Origin: Azolla caroliniana | Lineage: Eukaryota; Plantae; Polypodiophyta | Direction of reading: 5' to 3' | Length of the DNA: 63,634 nucleotides | NCBI GenBank assembly: GCA_043228905.1 | Contig: JBHGNT010000161.1 | Location: forward strand, 1-63,634 | Shown: piece after piece, positions 13,562-22,776 of the stretch | How the letters are laid out: each line of letters starts with the position of its first letter | Numbering within the stretch: position 1 is the stretch's first letter | Notes under the pieces: generated by a model | Seen by the model: only the letters and a program-made list of their open reading frames with translations | The model's database searches: none | What the model was told of the DNA's origin: nothing | Made by a program: the position numbers and the translations under genes

Positions 13562-15098
13562 CGGTTTTCTTGTTCTTCTTCGTTGGCTTTTCCTTCAAGC
13601 AAAGTCAGTTGCAGAGGTTCTCAACCCTTGCGCTCTGATACCATGAAAAGAATGGCGTGCGGAAGCAATATAGGAAAACCGAACAACAGAAAACGCAGGT
13701 TTAATGGAAAGCTTAGGTTTGCATAGTACGCACAGAAGAGACTGAGAGAAAGTAACTCAAGAACTTAAATTCGAAAAATAATACTCAATCTCTACATAGG
13801 ATGTTCTCAGTGAGCACTTTTATACAAGCCCTGACAATGGGCTGACACAAGTACTGGCAGTACTTGACTGCTCATAAATGAGCCTCGACACTTACTCCCA
13901 AAACTATTCCTTACGAGGAATATCTTTCTAACGGCCTTTCGGTCTACGCACCGATACGGCCTTTCTACGCACCGGTCTACGTACCGGTTTTATGCACCCA
14001 GTTTACGCACTGGTTACATATCGTATTACGCACAAATGTTGAGCTTGTCTCTCAACAAATACAGACACATGTTTAATGGAAACCTTACACGGGAGAGACA
14101 GAGTTAGAGCAGAACAAACAAAACATGTGTATTCCAAAACACTAAAAACACTTTGTACATAAAATGTGCTTTGTAAGCACTTTTATACAAGTCCTTAAAA
14201 GGACTGACAGAAGTACTGACAAGTACTTCAATACTCATACGAGCGACTGACACAAACTCCTAAAAATATGCCTACGTACTAGGTTAGATTCGTAGGTCTC
14301 TAATGTCCTACCGGTTACAATCTGATCCGGCTCCTGGTTCGGGATACCATTCGGACACCGATCCGGTTCATCATTCCGAACTCCGATTCGGCTTTGTCTT
14401 CTTCGGCCAATCCAGATTCGGTTGAGCTTGTCCGCTCAACAGAAGGTGAGGGGTACCTCGTGCTTTTGGTCTAGTGGTATGATTCTTACTTCGGGTGTGA
14501 GAGGTCTCGAATTCGATTCTCGAAATGCCCCTTGTAATAATACCCCTTTAGTTGTCAAAAACTTCAAGTTCGATTCTTGAAATGCCCCTTGTAATAGTAC
14601 ACCATCAATTGTCAAAAAACTCTTCCTTGTGATAGCAAAGTGACAAGGGGTATCTCTTGTAAGGGCATTTAGTCTAGTGGTATGATTCTCGCTTTGGGTG
14701 CGAGAGGTCTCGAGTTCGATTCTCAAAATGCCCCTTGTTATAGTACGTACCCCTTCAATTGTAAAAAAACATTTCCTTGTGAAGGGAATGTGACAAGGGG
14801 TACCTCTTATAAAGGCATTTAGTCTAGTGGTAGGATTCTCGCTTTGGGTGCGAGAGGTCTCGAGATAGATTCTCAAAATGCCCCTTGTAATAGTACGTAC
14901 CCCTTCAATTGTAAAACAAAAATTCCTTGTGAAGGGAATGTGACAAGGGGTACCTCTTGTAAAGGCATTTAGTCTAGTGGTATGATTCTCGCTTTGAATG
15001 CGAGAGGTCTCGAGTTCGATTCTCGAAATGCCCCTTGCCTTCAATTGTAAAAAAAATCTTCCTTGTGAAGGGAAGGTGACAAGGGGTACCTCCTATAA

Positions 15099-15170
15099 GG
15101 GCATTTAGTCTAGTGGTATGATTCTCGCTTTCGGTGCGAGAGGTCTCGAGTTCAATTCTCGAAATGCCCC
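15099..15170 (+). tRNA. tRNA-Pro body with anticodon TCG (Arg-type)
   Basis: All stems pair as in the neighbours. The anticodon loop reads TT-TCG-GT and the B box is GTTCAATTC. Expression unknown. Confidence 0.5.
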
Positions 15171-15234
15171 TTGCCTTCAATTGTAAAACAAATCTTCCTT
15201 GTGAAGAGAAGGTGACAAGGGGTACCTCTTGTAA

Positions 15235-15306
15235 GGGCATTTAGTCTAGTGGTATGATTCTCGCTTTGGGTGCGAGAGGTCTCGAGTTCGATTCTCGAAA
15301 TGCCCC
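15235..15306 (+). tRNA. trnP: tRNA-Pro(TGG), structurally intact array copy
   Basis: Acceptor stem GGGCATT/AATGCCC, anticodon stem CTCGC/GCGAG, T stem TCGAG/CTCGA, A and B boxes present. Confidence 0.75.
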
Positions 15307-15479
15307 TTGCCTTCAATTGTAAAAAAAATCTTCCTTGGGAAGGGAAGGTGACATTTAGTCTAGTGGTATGATTCTCGCTTTGGGTGCGAGAGGTCTCGAG
15401 TTCGATTCTCGAAATGCCCCTTGTAATAGTAGCCCCTTCAATTGTAAAAAAAATCTTCCTTGTGATAGGAAGGTGACAA

Positions 15480-15551
15480 GGGCATTTAGTCTAGTGGTAT
15501 GATTCTCGCTTTGGGTGCGAGAGGTCTCGAGTTCGATTCTCGAAATGCCCC
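15480..15551 (+). tRNA. trnP: tRNA-Pro(TGG), intact array copy
   Basis: Identical to the 15235 copy. Confidence 0.75.
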
Positions 15552-15625
15552 TTGTAATAGTATCCCTTCAATTGTAAAAAATATCTTCCTTGTGAAGGGA
15601 AAGTGACAAGGGGTACCTCTTGTAA

Positions 15626-15697
15626 GGGCATTTAGTCTAGTGGTATGATTCTCGCTTTGGGTGCGAGAGGTCTCGAGTTCGATTCTCGAAATGCCCC
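15626..15697 (+). tRNA. trnP: tRNA-Pro(TGG), intact array copy
   Basis: Identical to the 15235 copy. Confidence 0.75.
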
Positions 15698-15771
15698 TTG
15701 TAATAGTATCCCTTCAATTGTAAAAAAAAACTTCCTTGTGAAGGGAAGGTGACAAGGGGTACCTCTTGTAA

Positions 15772-15843
15772 GGGCATTTAGTCTAGTGGTATGATTCTCG
15801 CTTTGGGTGCGAGAGGTCTCGAGTTCGATTCTCGAAATGCCCC
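15772..15843 (+). tRNA. trnP: tRNA-Pro(TGG), intact array copy
   Basis: Identical to the 15235 copy. Confidence 0.75.
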
Positions 15844-15917
15844 TTGTAATAGTATCCCTTCAATTGTAAAAAAAAACTTCCTTGTGAAGGGAAGGTGACA
15901 AGGGGTACCTCTTGTAA

Positions 15918-15989
15918 GGGCATTTAGTCTAGTGGTATGATTCTCGCTTTGGGTGCGAGAGGTCTCGAGTTCGATTCTCGAAATGCCCC
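15918..15989 (+). tRNA. trnP: tRNA-Pro(TGG), intact array copy
   Basis: Identical to the 15235 copy. Confidence 0.75.
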
Positions 15990-16063
15990 TTGTAATATTA
16001 TCCCTTCAATTGTAAGAAATATCTTCCTTGTGAAGGGAAGGTGACAAGGGGTACCTCTTGTAA

Positions 16064-16135
16064 GGGCATTTAGTCTAGTGGTATGATTCTCGCTTTGGGT
16101 GCGAGAGGTCTCGAGTTCGATTCTCGAAATGCCCC
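16064..16135 (+). tRNA. trnP: tRNA-Pro(TGG), intact array copy
   Basis: Identical to the 15235 copy. Confidence 0.75.
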
Positions 16136-16350
16136 TTGTAATCGTATCCCTTTAATTGTAAAAAATATTTTCCTTGTGAAGGGAAGGTGATAAGGGGTAC
16201 CTCTTATGAAGGGAAGGTAAGGGCATTTAGTCTAGTGGTATGATTCTCGCTTTGGGTGCGAGAGGTCTCCAGTTCGATTCTCGAAATACCCCTGGTAATA
16301 GTACCCCTTCAATTGTAAAAAAAAGCTTCCTTGTGAAGGGAAGGTGACAA

Positions 16351-16422
16351 GGGCATTTAGTCTAGTGGTATGATTCTCGCTTTGGGTGCGAGAGGTCTCG
16401 AGTTCGATTCTCGAAATGCCCC
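16351..16422 (+). tRNA. trnP: tRNA-Pro(TGG), intact array copy
   Basis: Identical to the 15235 copy. Confidence 0.75.
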
Positions 16423-16637
16423 TTGTAATCCTATCCCTTTAATTGTAAAAAATATTTCCCTTGTGAAGGGAAGGTGATAAGGGGTACCTCTTATGAAGGG
16501 AAGGTAAGGGCATTTAGTCTAGTGGTATGATTCTCGCTTTGGGTGCGAGAGGTCTCCAGTTCGATTCTCGAAATACCCCGGGTAATAGTACCCCTTCAAT
16601 TGTAAAAAAAAGCTTCCTTGTGAAGGGATGGTGACAA

Positions 16638-16709
16638 GGGCATTTTGTCTAGTGGTATGATTCTCGCTTTGGGTGCGAGAGGTCTCGAGTTCGATTCTCG
16701 AAATGCCCC
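16638..16709 (+). tRNA. trnP: tRNA-Pro(TGG), one substitution at position 9
   Basis: As the 15235 copy but with T9. Confidence 0.6.
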
Positions 16710-17582
16710 TTGTAATAGTACCCCTTTAATTGTAAAAAAAACTTCCTTGTGATAGAAAGGTGACAAGGGCATTTAGTCTAGTGGTATGATTCTCGCTTTG
16801 GGTGTGAGAGGTCTCTAGTTTGATTCTCGAAATGCCCCTTCTAATAGTACCCCTTCAATTGTAAAAAAAAACTTCCTTGTGATCGGAAGGTGACAAGGGG
16901 TATCTCTTGTAAGGGCATTTAGTCTAGTGGTATGATTCTCGCTTCGGGTGCGAGAGGTCTCAAGTTCGATTCTCGAAATGCCCATTCTAATAGTACCCCT
17001 TCAATTGTAAAAAAAAACTTCCTTGTGATCGGAAGGTGACAGGGGGTATCTCTTGTAAGGGCATTTAGTCTAGTGGTATGATTCTCGCTTCGGGTGCAAG
17101 AGGTCTCGAGTTCTATTCTCGAAATGCCCCTTGTAATAGTACCCCTTCGAAATGCCCCTTGTAATAGTACCCCTTCAATTGTGAAAAAATCGTCCTTGTG
17201 ATAGGAAGGTGACAAGGGGTATCTCTTGTAAGGGCATTTAGTCTAGTGGTATGATTTATCGAAATGCCCGTTATCAATCCTCCAAAAAGTCTTCCCTTGT
17301 AAGGGCATTTAGTCTAGTGGTATGATTCTCGCTTTGGGTGTGACAGGTCTCGAGTTTGATTCTCGAAATGCCCCTTCTAATAGTACCCCTTCAATTGTAA
17401 AAAAAATATTCCTTGTGGTAGGAAGGTGACAAGCGGTATCTCTTGTAAGGGCATTTAGTCTAGTGGTATGATTCTCGCTTTGGGTGCAAGAGGTCTCGAG
17501 TTCGATTCTTGAAATGCCCCCCTTCAATTGTAAAAGAAATATTTCCTTGTGATAGGAAGGTGACAAGGGGTATCTCTTGTAA

Positions 17583-17654
17583 GGGCATTTAGTCTAGTGG
17601 TATGATTCTCGCTTTGGGTGCGAGAGGTCTCGAGTTCGATTCTCGAAATGCCCC
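17583..17654 (+). tRNA. trnP: tRNA-Pro(TGG), intact array copy
   Basis: Identical to the 15235 copy. Confidence 0.75.
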
Positions 17655-17929
17655 TTGTAATAGTACCCCTTCAATTGTAAAAAAAATCTTCCTTGTGATA
17701 GGAAGGTGACAAGGGGTATCTTTTGTAAGGGCATTTAGTCTAGTGGTATGATTTATCGAAATGCCTGCTATGAATCCTACAAAAAGTCTTCCCTTGTAAG
17801 GGCATTTTGGCTAGTGGTATAATTCTCACTTTGGGTGTGAGAGGTCTCGAGTTCGATTCTCGAAATGCCCCTTGTAATCTTACCCGTTCAATTGTAAAAA
17901 AAATCTTCCTTGTGATAGGAAGGTAACAA

Positions 17930-18001
17930 GGGCATTTAGTCTAGTGGTATGATTCTCGCTTTGGGTGCGAGAGGTCTCGAGTTCGATTCTCGAAATGCCC
18001 C
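17930..18001 (+). tRNA. trnP: tRNA-Pro(TGG), intact array copy
   Basis: Identical to the 15235 copy. Confidence 0.75.
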
Positions 18002-18738
18002 TTGTATTAGTTTTTGAGGGGTATCCCTTACCCCTTCAATCCTCCAAATCGCTTCCTTGTAAGGGCATGTGGTCTGTGGTATGATTCTCGCTTCGGGCAC
18101 AATAGGTCTCGAGTTCGATTCTCGAAATGCCCTCCTACATATTATGAAATTAAGGAAATTGATCCTTTTGATGTAATTGATGAATTTCGTGGAATTGGTC
18201 GAATTCAAATAAGTCCAGAAATATCAAAAAAATTTGGAATTGATATATTTTCAAGAATTGGTGATATTGAAGATATTCCTAATATTGAGGATATTCCTGA
18301 TGTTGCAGGTATAAAGTCTTTTCTTTTGACCTTTCAAGAAGGCTTGAATATTCATGGATTATTATACGATAATCTTTAATGCGACTCAGATTGTAGAAAG
18401 AATTGAATGCTGGAATTTCGAAAATCCGTTGGTAAAATTCCTCCAAAATCTCTTCCTTGTAAGGGCATCTGGTCTGTGGTATGATTCACGCTTCGGGCAC
18501 AAGAGGTCTCGAGTTCGATTCTCGAAATGCCCCTTGTTCAATCCTCCAAAATCTCTTCCTTGTGGCATTTGGTTTGTGGTATGATTCTCGCTTTGAGCGC
18601 GAGATGTCTCAAGTTCGATTCTCGAGATGCCCCTTGTTCAATCCTCCAACATTTCTTCCTTGTGGCATTTGGTCTAGTGGTATGATTCTTGTTTCCGGTG
18701 CGAGAGGTCGTGACTTCGATTTATCGAAATGCCCATTG

Positions 18739-19572
18739 CAAGGTTGTTAGGTACGGTACGGATACCATACGTATTTAACATATTAATACCCGTATAGTAC
18801 CTCCCAATTTAAAAATACGTTAAATACGTTTTCTTAATATGTTAAATACTTATAAAATACGTATTTTACGTATAGTACGTATAGTACGTTAAATACTTCT
18901 AGAATTTGAAAAATTACTTACCTTTCTAAAAAATATCTATAATATTGTAAAAAACATCTATGTTTACACAATTTTGTGATGTACAATATAGTTCTACATC
19001 CTAAAATGCATATAAGACATTTGAACATTTCACATCCTAAAATACTTGTAGCAATATGGATGTTGACATTCCCTTATCCTATAAATCAGTGTAAGTGTGT
19101 ATCACAATGTTCTACTTAAAATTGTAATTATTTACAATTATGCCTTCATAGATTGAGTAATCGTCTACGATTATCACACTCATGATAGGTATCTCATTTC
19201 TTCATTTTCTTCTTCTTCTTCTTCTTCTATCGACTGCAATTATCACACTCACGACAGGTTTATGTCTTCTTTTCTCTCTTCTTCTACTTCTTCTTCATCT
19301 TCTTCATCATCGTCTCTTCTATTCTTCTTTCTTCCTTCCTTTGGCTTCTTTTTCACTAAAATCTTTTTTTTCTTTTGCTTTTTGTTAGGGTTTTACTTAC
19401 ATTTTCTTTATAAATACGTATTATACCTGTTTTTTTATAAATACGTTAAATACCGTATTGGACAAATGTACATGATATTTGACTGAACAACATTGAGGTA
19501 TAGTACATACTATACAAATGATGAGGTACTATACGTATTTAAACATTAAATACGGGTACGTAAACAACCATG
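18739..19572. mobile_element. Non-autonomous hAT-type DNA transposon (834 bp)
   Basis: TIRs CAAGGTTGTT / AACAACCATG with subterminal TACGTA-rich inverted similarity. 8-bp TSD GCCCATTG/GACCATTG (one mismatch). No transposase ORF; internal (CTT)n tracts. Confidence 0.85.
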
Positions 19573-21229
19573 GACCATTGTTCAATCGTCCAAAACCTCT
19601 TCCCTCGTAAGGGAATTTGGTCTAGTGGTATGATTCTCGCTTTGGGTGCGAGAGGTCTTGAGTTTGACTCTCGAAATACCCCTTGTTTAATCCTCTAAAA
19701 AGTCTTCCCTTGAAAGGGTATTTGGTCTAATGGTATGATTCTTGCTTCGGGTGCGAGAGATCTCGAGTTCGATTCTCGAAATGCCCCTTGTTCAATCCTC
19801 CAAAACTTTCTTCCTTGTGGCATTTGGTCTAGTGGTATGATTCTCACTTTGGGTGCGAGAGGTCTCGAGTTCTATTTTCGAAATGCCCCTTGTTCAATCC
19901 TCCAAAGCTTTCTTCCTTGTGGCTAGACCGAGGTCTCGAGTTCTATTTTCGAAATGCCCCTTGTTCAACCCTCCAAAGCTTTCTTCCTTGTGGCTAGACC
20001 GAGGTCTCGAGTTCTATTTTCGAAATGCCCCTTGTTCAACCCTCCAAAAATTTCTTCCTTGTGGCATTTGGTCTAGTTGTATGATTCTCGCTTCGGGTGT
20101 GAGAGGTCTCGAGTTTGATTTTCGAAATTGCCCTAGTAATAGTACCCCTTCAATCCTCCAAAGGGTTATTTCCTGAAATAGTGCTTGGTCTACTGGTATG
20201 ATTCTCGTTCCGGGTGCGAGAGGTCTCATGTTCGATTCTCCGTTCGGGTAAGAAAGGTCTTGAGTTCAATTCTCGAAATTCCCCGTGTAATAGTTCTTTA
20301 GGGGTAATCTTACCCCTTCAATCCTCCAAAATTTCTTCCTTGTAGGGGCATTTGGTCTGTGGTATGATTCTCGCTTTGGGTGCGAGAGGTCTCGAGTTCG
20401 ATTCTCGAAATGCCCCTTGTTCAATCTTCCAAAATGTCTTCCTTGTGGCATTTGGTCTAGTGGTATGATTCTTGTTTCGGGTGCGAGAGGTCTCAAGTAC
20501 GATTCTCGAAATGCCTCTAGTAATAATACCCCTTAAATCCTCCAAATATTCGAACACTCCTTCTTAGGGAGGCGTTCCTTGAAAAAGTATTTGGTCTAGT
20601 GGTATGAATCTCGCTTTTGGTGTGAGAGGTATCGAGTTCGATTCTCGAAATGCCCTTGTAATAGTACCCCTTCAAACCTCCAAATATTCTCCCTTGTGAA
20701 GAGTATTCTTTGTAAGGGCGTTTGGTCTAATGGTATGATTCTCGCTTTGAGTGCAAGATGTCTCGAGTTCGATTCTTGAAATTCCCCTTCTAATGGTACC
20801 CCTTTAATCCTCTAAATATTCTTCCTTGAAAGGGGTATCCCTTGAAAGGGCGTTTGGTCTAGTGGTATGATTCTCGCTTCGGGTGTGAGAGGTCTCGAGT
20901 CCGATTCTCAAAATGCCCCTTGTAATAGTACCCCTTCAATCCTCCAAATATTTTTCCTTATGAGGGGTATATTCCTTGAAAGGGCGTTTGGTCTAGTGGT
21001 ATGATTCTCACTTTGGGTGTGAGAGGTCTATAGTTCGATTCTCGAAATGCCCCTTGTAATAGTACCCCTTCAATCCTCCAAATATTTCTTCGTGAAAGGA
21101 CGTTTGGTCTAGTGGTATGATTCTCGCTTCGGGTGTGAGAGGTCTCGAGTTCGATTCTCGAAATGCCCCTTGTAATAGTACCCCTTCAATCCTCCAAATA
21201 TTTTTCCTTGTAGGGTATATTCCTTGAAA

Positions 21230-21301
21230 GGGCGTTTGGTCTAGTGGTATGATTCTCGCTTCGAGTGTGAGAGGTCTCGAGTTCGATTCTCGAAATGCCC
21301 C
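21230..21301 (+). tRNA. tRNA-Pro body with anticodon CGA (Ser-type); possibly a pseudogene
   Basis: Folds with two extra G-U wobble pairs; the loop reads TT-CGA-GT. Confidence 0.4.
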
Positions 21302-22312
21302 TTGTAATAGTTTGTGAGGGGTATCCCTTACACCTTCAATCCTCGAAAATCTCTTCCTTGTAAGGGCATCTGCTCTGTGGTATGTTTCTCTCTTCGGGCG
21401 CGGGAGGTCTCAACATCTCTTCCTTGTAAGGGTATCTGCTCTATGGTATGTTTCTCGCTTCGGGCGCAAGAGGTCTCGAGTTCGATTCTTGAAACACCCC
21501 TTGTTCAATCCTCCAACATCTCTTCCTTGTGGCATCTGCTCTGTGGTATGATTCTCGCTTCGGGTGTGAGAGGTCTCGAGTTCGATTCTCGAAATGTCCC
21601 TTGTAATAGTTTGTGAGGGGTATCCCTTACACCTTAAATCCTCGAAAATCTCTTCTTTGTAAGGGCATCTGCTCTGTGGTATATTTCTCTCTTCGGGCGC
21701 GGGAGGTCTCAACATCTCTTCCTTATGGCATCTGCTCTGTGGTATGATTCTCGCTTCGGGCGCGGGAGGTTTGGAGTTCGATTTATCGAAATGCCCGTTA
21801 TCAATCCTCCGAAAAGTCTTCCCTTGTAAGGGCTTTTGTTCTAGTGGTATGATTCTCATTTCGGGTGCGAGAGGTCTTGAGTTCGATTTATCGAAATGCC
21901 TGTTATCAATCCTCCGAAAAGTCTTCCCTTGTAAGGGCTTTTGTTCTAGTGGTATGATTCTTGCTTTGGGTGCGAGAGGTCTCAAGTTCGATTCTCGAAA
22001 TGCCCCTTGTTCAATCCTCCCAAAAGTCTTCCCTTGAAAGGGCATTTGGTCTAGTGTTATGATTCTCACTTCCGGTGTGAGAGGTCTCGAGTTTGATTTT
22101 CGAAATGCCCATAGTATTCAATCCTCCAAATATTCTTCCTTGTGAGGGGTATTCCTTGAAAGGACATTTGGTCTAGTGGTATGATTCTTGCTTCGTGTGC
22201 GAGAGATCTCAACTCGAAATGCCCCTTCAATTCTTGAAATTCTTCCTTGTGAGGGGTATATCTTGAAAGGGCGTTTGGTCTAGTGGTATGATTCTCGCTT
22301 CAGGTGCGAGAA

Positions 22313-22776
22313 TGTTAATCCTTAGGGCCGGACAATAGCCTAACACAAGGTGTCCACTTAAGACACTTTACCAAAGGGTGTTACGGGGAGATAACTTACG
22401 ACACAACGCTTAATTGGACCTTAATCGGTTACTTAGCAATACATCATTAACACGCATAAGATATACAATAAGCATAGAATGGTGAACAATACTCAATGAT
22501 TAAACAAAAGGTTTATATTACTCTCCGTTAATGACTACATTATAACCGGGCCTTTATATAGGTCACCGGTGCGAAGTACAAAACGGTGCCAACCAGCACT
22601 TATTCGGGATCGGTCCGGATCCGGATCGGCATACCGATTCCGGTCCATTCGTCCACATCTTCTCATATATTAATCTATATATTAAGACTAGTAATTTCAA
22701 CAGATTCCTAAATAACAATTCCCCTTTTCACACCCTGGTCTTTGTCGTCCTTAGCTCCTTTGCCGGTCGGGTAACA
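22313..22776. mobile_element. Solo LTR (464 bp) inserted inside a tRNA-Pro copy
   Basis: TGTTA..TAACA ends. Perfect TSD GAGAA at 22308-22312 and 22777-22781. The tRNA 5' half starts at 22268. Confidence 0.88.

Larger units (their letters stand above)
7643..14057 (-). mobile_element. Ty1/Copia LTR retrotransposon (Copia-2)
   Basis: Closely similar LTRs at 7643-8055 and 13644-14057. TSD AATAC. PBS at 13633-13643 (tRNA-iMet type) and PPT next to 8056. Confidence 0.96.
7580..14441 (-). mobile_element. Solo Copia LTR (7580-7642 plus 14063-14441) split by Copia-2
   Basis: TG start at 7580 and ...CTCAACA end at 14441. TSD GAAGG at 7575-7579 and 14442-14446. Resembles the Copia-1 LTR. Confidence 0.88.

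Noticed and set aside
19182-19486. Leu/Phe/Ser-rich membrane-like ORFs
   Set aside because: Translations of (CTT)n tracts inside the hAT-type element.
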